A DNA stretch of 64,000 nucleotides, from NCBI GenBank assembly GCA_965197525.1, contig OZ240211.1, positions 224,001-288,000 on the forward strand, written 5' to 3'. Shown piece after piece: positions 30,176 through 39,779 of the stretch. The DNA comes from Nitrosopumilus sp. (GTDB taxonomy: Archaea; Thermoproteota; Nitrososphaeria; Nitrososphaerales; Nitrosopumilaceae). Both the position numbers and the translations under genes were made by a program. The notes beneath the pieces are model-generated. The model was given only the letters and a program-made list of their open reading frames with translations. It was not told where the DNA came from and made no database searches. Within the stretch, counting starts at the first letter, position 1. Each line of letters begins with the position of its first letter.

Positions 30176-30251
30176 ATATGGAGATTATGTCAGTAACTGT
30201 GCCAACGCAGTCATGATCTGATTAACAATTCGTACTAGTATTAGGATTTAG

Positions 30252-31539
30252 GGTTCTGTGAAGTTATCGGGGGTTATCTGTTAATCCCTAAATTGTATAA
30301 ACCTCTAAACCGTAAGATATTCGTTGAAAGCGATAAAGTCAATATCACAGAAATATACGCCAAACTCTGATCTAATGGATATGATGGCCATATTCACAAA
30401 GATGGTCAATCATTGCATCAAGACAGGATTGAAAGAAGACACTCACAATATGAAGAGGTTGTCCATATTATGTTATCATGAATTACGTAATTATAACATC
30501 CTGTCTTCATACAAACTAAATGCAATATCACGAGCTGCAGGCATGTTATCAAACAGAAAACAATCAATCAAACGAGGTGTCAGAATAAGAGACCCAATAG
30601 TCAAAAATCCCTTTATGACAAACTGTTACGGCATAAAACACAACGGTGCACTATTAACAATCCCATACAAGAAACATAACCCAATCAACATTTTACTCAA
30701 CGTTCACACCCAAAAAATCCTATCTGATCCCGCCTTGACGGTGCGCTCGTTTTCATTGACTGCCCTCAACATCAGTCTTTGTGTTTCAAAAACAGTACAA
30801 GAGATAGAGTGCACCAAGAAAGTGGGAATAGACAGAAACCTAAGAAATGTGACGTGTGGGAACAAGCAAGAGGTGACAGTCTACAAGACAAACAAACTGT
30901 TATCCATAAAGGAGAACACAATACACGCTAGGGCAGGATTCCACAGAAATGATCGCAGAAAGAAAGGTCAATTCTGGAAACAAAGACAGAGACGAATGAG
31001 CAATAGAACAAAGCAGTACATCCACAGAATCTCAAAGGATATAGTAGACAACGCAGTCAAAAACAAGACTGCAATCGTCATGGAAAACCTGAAAGGAATA
31101 AGAAAATTGTACCGAAAAGGAAACAGTCAAGGTAACAAGTACAGGCGTAGATTGAACGGGTGGCAATTCTACGAGTTACAACGCCAAATAGAATACAAAG
31201 CCCAATGGGTCGGGTTGCCTCCAGTCGAGACAGTAGACCCAAGAAACACGAGCACGCAGTGTCCGAAATGCGGAAAGAGACTCCAAGAGGACATGCAACA
31301 ACATCGTAAAATGTCGTGTAATAATTGCGGTTTGTTTATGGACAGGGACATCATCGCTGCCATGAACATATCACGCAAGCTGCCCCCTAGGTTTAGGGGT
31401 AGTAGAGATGACATAGATGAAGCGCAGTCCGGCACTTTTGAGCAGGCGATGACGGAACCCAGCACATCATTGGTAATCCGAATAGTCGATATGTCAAAGT
31501 CAAGTTATAGGGGTTAACCCTCGATAACTTCACAGAACC
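30252..31539 (+). mobile_element. Non-autonomous tnpB element, copy 3, with TIRs and 8-bp TSD
   Basis: 25-bp TIR GGTTCTGTGAAGTTATCG(G/A)GGGTTA; TSD GGATTTAG at 30244-30251 and 31540-31547. Confidence 0.95.
30324..31517 (+). CDS. tnpB: TnpB RNA-guided endonuclease, copy 3
   Basis: GIDRNL, MENL, CPKC..CNNC, DRDIIAAMNI all intact. Confidence 0.95.
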   Translation: MKAIKSISQKYTPNSDLMDMMAIFTKMVNHCIKTGLKEDTHNMKRLSILCYHELRNYNILSSYKLNAISRAAGMLSNRKQSIKRGVRIRDPIVKNPFMTNCYGIKHNGALLTIPYKKHNPINILLNVHTQKILSDPALTVRSFSLTALNISLCVSKTVQEIECTKKVGIDRNLRNVTCGNKQEVTVYKTNKLLSIKENTIHARAGFHRNDRRKKGQFWKQRQRRMSNRTKQYIHRISKDIVDNAVKNKTAIVMENLKGIRKLYRKGNSQGNKYRRRLNGWQFYELQRQIEYKAQWVGLPPVETVDPRNTSTQCPKCGKRLQEDMQQHRKMSCNNCGLFMDRDIIAAMNISRKLPPRFRGSRDDIDEAQSGTFEQAMTEPSTSLVIRIVDMSKSSYRG

Positions 31540-31822
31540 GGATTTAGTACTCAAACAGTGGGTGCACTATTAACCCCAATATAAGACAAGGATGGAAAAA
31601 CATGTTATCTGTTCTGATGAGTGTTAGACATTATAATACAGTCTAACTCTTATTTGTGACTTGTGTCCTAGGTTTTGTGGATTTATTGGGAATTTTTTGC
31701 TGTTTGATACCTGTTCATGCTTTTACCTTGCAACTGTCAATAGTATTTGTGCTGTTTTGTTATTGCCAAACATTGCACAATCTTTGGGTAATCTTTAGAT
31801 TAGACAAATCTCTAAAAATTAC

Positions 31823-32197
31823 ATGGTTACATATAATGAATATCTAAAAAACATTCTTACCAAGATTGTTAATTCATATGACAACCTTGAGTCGATTCAG
31901 GACAACCCCGGTGATCTTGATCATATTAAAAGAGAGATGCTCAAACTTAATGGCTTTATCAAAGTTCTCGTACACAATACCGATGAATACAAAATTCCTT
32001 TATCTGATTTTAAAACACTTAAACCCAAACTAAGATATTATTTAGAAAATTATTTTTTTGAACAAGAGATTGATACTATGAGTTCATTGTATGCAAATGA
32101 CACTCACAGAATGAAAAATATGAGATTAAAGATACTTCAAGCCTTAAAGGATAGAAAAATGATTGATGATGTGGGAGAACTAATTGAAAAGTTATGA
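31823..32197 (+). CDS. Conserved hypothetical protein
   Basis: 124-aa helical ORF. Confidence 0.7.
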   Translation: MVTYNEYLKNILTKIVNSYDNLESIQDNPGDLDHIKREMLKLNGFIKVLVHNTDEYKIPLSDFKTLKPKLRYYLENYFFEQEIDTMSSLYANDTHRMKNMRLKILQALKDRKMIDDVGELIEKL

Positions 32198-32498
32198 CTG
32201 GTAGAAAAAAATGTATCATATGCGGTTGTTCAGATCACAAGTTGTTTGGATGCAATAGACACGTTTCCAAGAAATGCAGCTGTTATGCTAATACTAACTA
32301 ATTTTGTATAGATCATACTCGTTTAGGCCCTGACCTTTCATGAAAGTTCAAACAACATTTACACTCTTTTTCAAGACATTCTGATTCATTATGATGCCCA
32401 CAAATACCACACTCACAACTATTTGTCATATTCGCTAATGTTTTGCATAGAATATATTTTTTATAGTAATTTTTTATGAGTTCTAGCTTAAAATTTAG

Positions 32499-32810
32499 TT
32501 ATTTTCTTGATCTTGATTTTTTTAGAGGCTTTGTTTCTAACTCTTTTTTAATCTCTTCTGCCTTGTTTTCTACTGCATGTATGATTTTTTGAATAATGCC
32601 ATCTAAGTCGTTATCTTCAGCCGCTGGCTCAATAGTACTTGCAATATCTTTAATTGTACTTGAGATCTCTGCGCTAATATTCTCAAAACTTTCAGGGTCT
32701 TCATATGCTGCATTGTAGAGGTTTTTGAGGCTATTCACTTGATTAATTACTTGTTCGGTGAGTACGATCTTGTAGCTAGTACCATTTACACCAAACTCAC
32801 TTAGACTCAT
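32499..32810 (-). CDS. Conserved hypothetical protein
   Basis: 103-aa ORF. Confidence 0.7.
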   Translation of the reverse strand: MSLSEFGVNGTSYKIVLTEQVINQVNSLKNLYNAAYEDPESFENISAEISSTIKDIASTIEPAAEDNDLDGIIQKIIHAVENKAEEIKKELETKPLKKSRSRK

Positions 32811-32892
32811 TACTCATTTTTGCAATTCTTTTGTTTATATTTATTTGGGGAATTGTATACGTGATGTAGGATCCTAAAAGTCGCATACCTCT

Positions 32893-33090
32893 CTACCTAA
32901 CATCGTATTCTAGCCTGTTTGCTGGCCAATAACAGTTTCCTCTGCAGGGACATCTTATGGGAGAATGCCTATGTAGCGTCTCTTGATTATCCCAATCAAT
33001 AGGGCTGTGCACCCGATCGTCGTTGTACCCCTCCATGAATCGATATATGGAACCCATCGTCATCGACGATATATGAAACAGTCTACCCAC
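32893..33090 (-). pseudogene. Integrase-core (IS481/IS3-like) transposase C-terminal relic
   Basis: FMEGYNDDRVHSPIDW resembles the YN..R.HS.I motif; locally GC-richer. Confidence 0.45.
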
Positions 33091-33286
33091 ATGACTGTCA
33101 TGCAGGATTCATACCTATCTGTCATAGTACATTCACAGCAGTTTAGCTACATCTCCATGTAGATAATCATTTGTGATACACCTGCACTATAACAAGAGTT
33201 CGTACTATCAAATAGTACATATCTCTAGGGCATATCCCAACAAACATACAAGAAGAAGTTATATCTCATTAGCAAAAAGTAACAAT

Positions 33287-33766
33287 ATGTTAAAATTTAC
33301 AGCGCCTGTAGACAATATTTACAATACTAAAAAAAATCATACCTATGACACATTAGAGCAACTACAATTACCACGCTCAGATCTAGATAAAAGAATCTTG
33401 AGAAAAAAAACTGATAATGGAACAGACATAGGCATACAACTTGATCCAGGTATAGCATTACATCATGGGGACATATTCAAAGATAACGATGTAGAAATTC
33501 TCATCACGCAATTACCGGAAAAAACATTGTCAATCAAGTGTATGTCTTTGGATAGACTAGATGTATTCGTGTTACTAGGTCATATAATTGGTAATAGACA
33601 TAGACCTATATCAATCCAGAATAATGTTGTAACATTCCCAATACAATCTGATACAGAAAAAACCACATTTGAAAAATTATTTCATGATGTTCTACCTTAT
33701 ATTGAGATGACAATCCAAGAACAGATCTTTCTGCCTCACCAAAGCGCTGATGTACATGGACATTAA
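33287..33766 (+). CDS. ureE: Urease accessory protein UreE
   Basis: LRKKTDNG, LHHGD, LGHIIGNRH, C-terminal HGH; ATG at 33287. Confidence 0.9.
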   Translation: MLKFTAPVDNIYNTKKNHTYDTLEQLQLPRSDLDKRILRKKTDNGTDIGIQLDPGIALHHGDIFKDNDVEILITQLPEKTLSIKCMSLDRLDVFVLLGHIIGNRHRPISIQNNVVTFPIQSDTEKTTFEKLFHDVLPYIEMTIQEQIFLPHQSADVHGH

Positions 33767-34457
33767 TGATATCCGACAAGAACTAGGCGTATTACAGCTG
33801 TCTGACTCATTCTTCCCTACTGGACTTTATGCGACATCAAATGGACTAGAATCCATGTTTCTTCAAAAACAAATTGACAATGCTGGCGACGTTGCTGAAA
33901 TTATTAACATATGCCTAGCCCAACAAATAGGTCCAACTGATTGTATTGCACTATCAGAAACATATAACGCTATGACCAATTACGGCGATCAAAAAATTGT
34001 TCACATAGATAACGCATTGTTTGTTACAAAATCTATCAAAGATATACGAGATGCGTCGACCAGATCAGGCATTCAACTAATCAAATGTGTAGCAGAATTT
34101 GCCAGCGACAGTAAACCGTTGTCAGATTACTATAACAACATTCTACAGCGTAACGCGTATGGTATCTTTCCTGTCGCATTTGGCATATGTTGCAACAGCA
34201 TGCAAATCCCAAAGGAAAAGAGCATACTCATGCTATTATACGGTTTTACAGTTAGTATGGTAGGTGCTGCCATGAGACTAGGCTTGATTCAGCACATTGA
34301 AGGGCAAAAGATAATTCATGACATCAAACCTGTTATCGGCAAAACCATGCTTGAAAATATCGATAAACCATTGTCAGATATGGCACAATTTGCCCCCCAA
34401 ATGGACATCGTCCAAATGTCACATGAGCAGTTAGATTCTAAAATGTTTATTACGTAA
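33750..34457 (+). CDS. ureF: Urease accessory protein UreF
   Basis: LQLSDSFFPTG..S.GLE, C-terminal HEQLDSKMFIT. Confidence 0.92.
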   Translation: MYMDINDIRQELGVLQLSDSFFPTGLYATSNGLESMFLQKQIDNAGDVAEIINICLAQQIGPTDCIALSETYNAMTNYGDQKIVHIDNALFVTKSIKDIRDASTRSGIQLIKCVAEFASDSKPLSDYYNNILQRNAYGIFPVAFGICCNSMQIPKEKSILMLLYGFTVSMVGAAMRLGLIQHIEGQKIIHDIKPVIGKTMLENIDKPLSDMAQFAPQMDIVQMSHEQLDSKMFIT

Positions 34458-34475
34458 AATTACGTCTTTGATCAC

Positions 34476-35129
34476 ATGCACATTCCGAGAATTGGTATAG
34501 GGGGACCTGTCGGATCAGGCAAAAGCATGTTAATTGAACGTCTAGTTCCATTATTTGCAAAACATGGATATCATGTCAGTATAATCTCAAATGACGTAAT
34601 CTCCAAAGAGGATGCCGATAGAATGCGAACAAATCTTGCTATTAATAAAAAACTTTTGCCTGAAAATCTAGTCATTGGTCTGGCAACAGGTGGCTGCCCT
34701 CATACTGCAGTGCGAGAGGACCCTTCGATGAATCTTGCCGTAATAGAAGAACTCGAGTCACAGCATCCAAACCTCGATCTGATAATTATTGAGAGTGGCG
34801 GAGATAACATTACTACTACGTTTAGTCCAATTCTGGCCGATTATTCCATCTACATTATTGACGTTGCAGGAGGTGACAAATATCCTCGTAAAGGCGGATT
34901 AGGAATTCAAAACTGTGATCTACTGGTAATAAATAAGATTGACTTGGCCCCGCTAGTTGGAGCCAACATTGAAATTATGAGACAAGATGCGCAAAGGATT
35001 AGAGACGATAAACCATACGAATTTGTCAATTGTAAAACAGATCAGGGTATACCATCTATTGCGCAACACATTATACATGATGTACTTTTTGACAGTCTTC
35101 CTAAATCTGCAGGTATGGCCCGTGACTGA
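34476..35129 (+). CDS. ureG: Urease accessory GTPase UreG
   Basis: GGPVGSGKS, TGGCPH, ESGGDN, INKIDLA. Confidence 0.95.
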   Translation: MHIPRIGIGGPVGSGKSMLIERLVPLFAKHGYHVSIISNDVISKEDADRMRTNLAINKKLLPENLVIGLATGGCPHTAVREDPSMNLAVIEELESQHPNLDLIIIESGGDNITTTFSPILADYSIYIIDVAGGDKYPRKGGLGIQNCDLLVINKIDLAPLVGANIEIMRQDAQRIRDDKPYEFVNCKTDQGIPSIAQHIIHDVLFDSLPKSAGMARD

Positions 35130-36075
35130 ACTACAGTATCCACAAACATCATCATCTGACACACCGCAAATCATGCAAATGTACAACGCGCCACTAAAAC
35201 AATTACAAGTCGGAAGAGCAGGAAAAGTAGGAATTCTTGATATCGAACTGTCACTAGACAAGGATGCAAACAAGACTGTTATCACAAAACAGTTCTTTCA
35301 AGTGCCACTACAGGTTCAACGCATACTACATCTGGAGAAATCCATACCTCAGATGGCATATTTGTACATGTTATCATCCTCAGGAGGAATTTTGCAAGGT
35401 GATCGATACAGCATCAATATTACCTTGAAAGATAATGCCATATCTCACGTAACGACACAAGGCGCAACTCGAATATATGGCATGAACGCAAATTATGCGT
35501 CTCAAACTCTAAACATTACTACACATCCGGGAAGCTATCTTGAATATATCCCAGATCAAATAATTCCATACAAGAATTCTAGATATCATCAAAGAGTAAA
35601 TCTTCAAGTGGATAACAGTTCTACACTAATTTATGCTGAGATTCTAACCCCTGGTCGCGTTGCTATGCATGAATTATTCGAGTACGACATATGTTATCTT
35701 CAAACTTACTGTCAAGATCAAAATCAAAGGATCAAATTTATGGAAAATGCAAAAATTCAGCCAAAGGATCAACTAGTAACTAAATTTGGAATATTAGGTA
35801 ACTACAAAACAGTCGGAACAGTCTACATTATGACTCTGAAAAAATATTTGGGCAAGCTCAAGGATATGATAAATCAGGACATAAAACAGATCTATGAGAA
35901 CAATACCCGCATATCCTTTGGAACATCTACTCTTCCAAACAACTCTGGTATTGTAATCCGTATTTTAGGAGACAAGACAGATGATATATCTGATATTATC
36001 ATTAGGGTGCTGCAGATCAGCAGAAAAGTCATTCTTAACTCGTCATCATTACCAATCAAAGTACGAAAGAGCTAA
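35122..36075 (+). CDS. ureD: Urease accessory protein UreD/UreH
   Basis: SSSGGILQGD, TTQGATRIY, LEYIPD.IIP; GTG start overlapping the ureG stop. Confidence 0.9.
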   Translation: MTELQYPQTSSSDTPQIMQMYNAPLKQLQVGRAGKVGILDIELSLDKDANKTVITKQFFQVPLQVQRILHLEKSIPQMAYLYMLSSSGGILQGDRYSINITLKDNAISHVTTQGATRIYGMNANYASQTLNITTHPGSYLEYIPDQIIPYKNSRYHQRVNLQVDNSSTLIYAEILTPGRVAMHELFEYDICYLQTYCQDQNQRIKFMENAKIQPKDQLVTKFGILGNYKTVGTVYIMTLKKYLGKLKDMINQDIKQIYENNTRISFGTSTLPNNSGIVIRILGDKTDDISDIIIRVLQISRKVILNSSSLPIKVRKS

Positions 36076-36198
36076 TAATAGTAAGTATGCTAGTTATTGT
36101 CACTGATCCTCAGATCACTTTCAGGCAAATCAATATTTTTTATTAATAAATAATTTTAATTCATAAAATTCTATCTGAAACATCTTCGTACCCTTACC

Positions 36199-36540
36199 AT
36201 GATTCAGATTACATTCTATATCCGCACAAGTCATACTACAAAAATAAAAATGATTCAATTCTCAAAGAATCATGAAAAAAATCTAAATACGCTATACGGA
36301 CGAGTCAAAGAATCCATGGCACGTAAAGAGAAAAGCAGTTTGGAGCAATTCCTGATGATCTGTTGCTTTTATCTAGTCAAGGAGATTAGGAAAAAAACCA
36401 TAACAAACACCATCAAAGACAAGCTTGTTGCAGAATGCTCAGAGCATCGCACAAAGCAATTTTTACAAGATATCAAAAATATGTCAATTGAAGCAAAGAT
36501 TGACAACATTCCAAAAAAGATACTGCACTTTACGCCTTAA
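36199..36540 (+). CDS. Hypothetical protein
   Basis: 113-aa ORF, no motif recognised. Confidence 0.4.
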   Translation: MIQITFYIRTSHTTKIKMIQFSKNHEKNLNTLYGRVKESMARKEKSSLEQFLMICCFYLVKEIRKKTITNTIKDKLVAECSEHRTKQFLQDIKNMSIEAKIDNIPKKILHFTP

Positions 36541-38864
36541 TCTAACAGCACTACAGGTTTTGAGCATAGTTTGAGCACTTTATTTGTAGTACTGCCTAAA
36601 TCAGAAGCAGTCTTTCCTATGCCCTTTTTACCCATTATCACCATGTCTACATTGAGTTTCTCTGCCAACTCGGTAATCTTCTCTGGCGGATTGCCCAATT
36701 TGACAATGCGTTTGTAGTCATTTATCTGCTTTGGGACAACAACACTTCTAAGAATCAGCTTACCTTCTTCTTGAATATGCAATGACATCTCTTCATCGAT
36801 ATTCTCCTCGTCATCGTTACTCCATTCCATCACGTGCAACAGATAGATTCGTACGCGAGCCGCTCCTCTAAATAGATAGTTTGCGTGATATAACGCCTTC
36901 AGTGATCTTGCAGAACCATCAATCGGAACTAGAATCTTCATTATTGGCTGCTCATCTACGGGAACCGCCGGGTCTACACTTCTGTTCATCTCACTATCAA
37001 TTGATGCCTTGTGAAATATCTCCCCGATACTCTTCCTTGCCTCAATTAACGGCAAAAATATTACTATTCCAGCTGCCCCAAATGCCCAAATTATTGCAAG
37101 CCATATCCAAAGATGAAATGATTGCTCCTCAAAGACAAACTCTGTCAGATAAAATGACGCAGGCCATACGATAACCAAAAATATAGATATGGAGAATCCA
37201 GCCCGTTTGCAGAACTTGAGTGATCGTAATAGAAACTCTTCATTGGTATCTTTCTTTAACATGGAACGAACCTTGTCATCAACTAGCAGGATCTTTTGTT
37301 TCATGATCTCAAAATCAAAGTTTTCAGGTTTTACCATACTGCCAATCAGTGTAACTCCTAGACTTACAAGAATCGATACAAGATTTCCTACCAGTAATGG
37401 TATTAGATTTCCTGTACTAGCAAGGGTGATCTCACCGTATAGATAGTTTGCAGACCACAGCCAAGACGATATACCACATATCAACCCGACAATAGCGGCA
37501 CTAGTTGCAGCATATCTGTTAGTCTTTTTCCATAGTATGGCAAAAGAGATAGGGGCAACTGCTGATCCTATGAGGATGCCCATCATAAGATAGACATACT
37601 GCAAACTAAATCCTGAATGAAACAACAACGATGCCAACAGCCCCATGCCTATCCCAAATCCTAAGATGGTAAATCGTGAGATCTTTATCAATTGACGTCC
37701 AGTCGATGAGGGTTTCAGATACGTGCGAAAGACATCGTATGTGACAAGTGATGATACGCTGACTAGCTGTGATGAACCAGCTGCTGTAACTGCCGTAAAT
37801 ACTATTGTTAGTATTAGTATTGCCCCAAGGTCACCCATGAGGTTTGCTGCAGCAGTAGGCGCGACTAGTCCTAATCCTATCTCACTCTCAGTTAATGTGA
37901 CTCCGGTTGCCACTGCTGCCAATCCCAATGTTGTTGCAAGCGTGAACGGAATTGCAAACCATGCAAGACCGCCCAAAATAAACCCGCCAGTAGCTGCCTT
38001 TGGTCTTGAGGCAATTGCCCTTTGCCAATAAGACTGGTCAACGAATACTGTCCCAAAATTTCCAACGATATTGATAATTCCAAATATCAATGCACCCATC
38101 GATGCTAGTGTCAGATATGTCCCAAGTGTATTTCCTTCTACAGGATGCAGTATAGAGGCCTGTGTCAGCTTTTCATACATTCCAGCTATTCCGCCAATCT
38201 CAGGAGTTGCAAAATAGATTACAGTTACAAATACTAGTACCACTACAAAGATCAGTGTAACGTTTAGATACTCGGCAAAAAATGTCGCCTTTAATCCTCC
38301 AAATATGGTGTACACCACAATACCTACAGGAATCAAAAATGCTGCAAGCGTAATGTCTACTCCCGTAAGGGCATTTATCACCACTGCACCACCTAGCACA
38401 AGCATTGCAGTTACAATGGTATTAGTCATCAACGCAAAAAATAAAAAAACCTTGTGCGAATGCTTTCCGTATCTTACATTTATTATTTCAGGAAAAGTAT
38501 GTGTCATCGGAGCCTTTCTTTTTACCTCAATTGCAAGTATTGAAAATAAGATTACCTGTATGCTAGCGCCTGCAGCATACCAGAAAGAACCGCCTATGCC
38601 GTACTCAAAAGTTACTGTTGATGACTGTAGCAAAGTTGCAGCCCATGTCCATGCAGATACAATTGATGATGCGATTAACCCTGTCTTTATTGTACGTCCT
38701 GCAGTGTAAAACCACTCGGATGTCTTTTTTGTATACAGCCATTTTGTTTCAGCTTTTACCATTAATGTAACTGATAGCGCCATTATCAGTCCCACACCAA
38801 TTAGTACAATATATCCAATATTTTCTGATAGAATGGCACTCAATAGCAAATATGTAACGTTCAC
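36537..38864 (-). CDS. DUR3-like sodium:solute symporter (urea transporter) fused to a C-terminal USP domain
   Basis: SAWTWAATLLQSS, NFGTVFVDQSYWQRAIA; C-terminal ILVPIDGS...MGKKG..LGSTT.KVL. Confidence 0.92.
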   Translation of the reverse strand: MNVTYLLLSAILSENIGYIVLIGVGLIMALSVTLMVKAETKWLYTKKTSEWFYTAGRTIKTGLIASSIVSAWTWAATLLQSSTVTFEYGIGGSFWYAAGASIQVILFSILAIEVKRKAPMTHTFPEIINVRYGKHSHKVFLFFALMTNTIVTAMLVLGGAVVINALTGVDITLAAFLIPVGIVVYTIFGGLKATFFAEYLNVTLIFVVVLVFVTVIYFATPEIGGIAGMYEKLTQASILHPVEGNTLGTYLTLASMGALIFGIINIVGNFGTVFVDQSYWQRAIASRPKAATGGFILGGLAWFAIPFTLATTLGLAAVATGVTLTESEIGLGLVAPTAAANLMGDLGAILILTIVFTAVTAAGSSQLVSVSSLVTYDVFRTYLKPSSTGRQLIKISRFTILGFGIGMGLLASLLFHSGFSLQYVYLMMGILIGSAVAPISFAILWKKTNRYAATSAAIVGLICGISSWLWSANYLYGEITLASTGNLIPLLVGNLVSILVSLGVTLIGSMVKPENFDFEIMKQKILLVDDKVRSMLKKDTNEEFLLRSLKFCKRAGFSISIFLVIVWPASFYLTEFVFEEQSFHLWIWLAIIWAFGAAGIVIFLPLIEARKSIGEIFHKASIDSEMNRSVDPAVPVDEQPIMKILVPIDGSARSLKALYHANYLFRGAARVRIYLLHVMEWSNDDEENIDEEMSLHIQEEGKLILRSVVVPKQINDYKRIVKLGNPPEKITELAEKLNVDMVIMGKKGIGKTASDLGSTTNKVLKLCSKPVVLLD

Positions 38865-39779
38865 GTATTAAAATACGATCAATCATATAACATGCCTGAG
38901 AATTTTATCTGGAATTATTACACCATATGGTATAAGCAGTAGTGTTGTCATGGCTGGTCTTGTATGTTATAACACATCTTTGTTTTTATCATATGACTAC
39001 AGTCCCGCATTCTAAATTTTATGATTTGATTATATCATTATATGAATTGTGGATATTAAATTCATGAAAACATAATTGTTTTTGATGTTTGTTTTAATTG
39101 AACTCTATATACATTTTTTATAATGTTATTAATTTTTAATAACACAAATTTGAATTTTATTGTACATTTTTTCAAACTTGACGATGACGTTTATGTGAAA
39201 TTGTTATTATTCATGCATGTTTTGATAGGTTGTCATCTTGTGTGCTAAATTATCATTTCTAAAAATATAACATTCAAGATGATATACATACAATACATTA
39301 AACAAATGTAGGTTTTGGTTATAAAAGAATATTATTATTGTATAACTGCTTGCATGTGGTAATGTAGTATAAATAGAATTAAACCTAGTACTATGCTTGA
39401 CTAGTTCTACATAATTCTCTATCTTTTGTATAAGGAGAGTTTGTATAGTTATTCCATATCTGCAATTGATTTTCATCATAAAGATAATGATGTAAAGGAT
39501 TCACTGCATCATTGTGTCAGTAGAGGTTACAAAAATTCTTGGGTTACTGCACTACATGTTTTAATAGTTAATCGTCTTGCCGACATCGACTAAATCGACA
39601 TCTTTGATCATACATTCTATTTTTTCTAGATTATCTAGTACGCAATACTCAAAATAATATAATTCATCCAACTACATGCTATTGTTGCCTACTCGATGTC
39701 AAAACAGCGAATTTTAAACATCACATATAACTAGACATAACTCGTCAAATGCTAAGTAATTTTCTAATAACCAGTCATT

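Noticed and set aside
39207-39479. 90-aa ORF between the two dur3 genes
   Set aside because: Extremely AT-rich with no motif; likely spurious in regulatory DNA.
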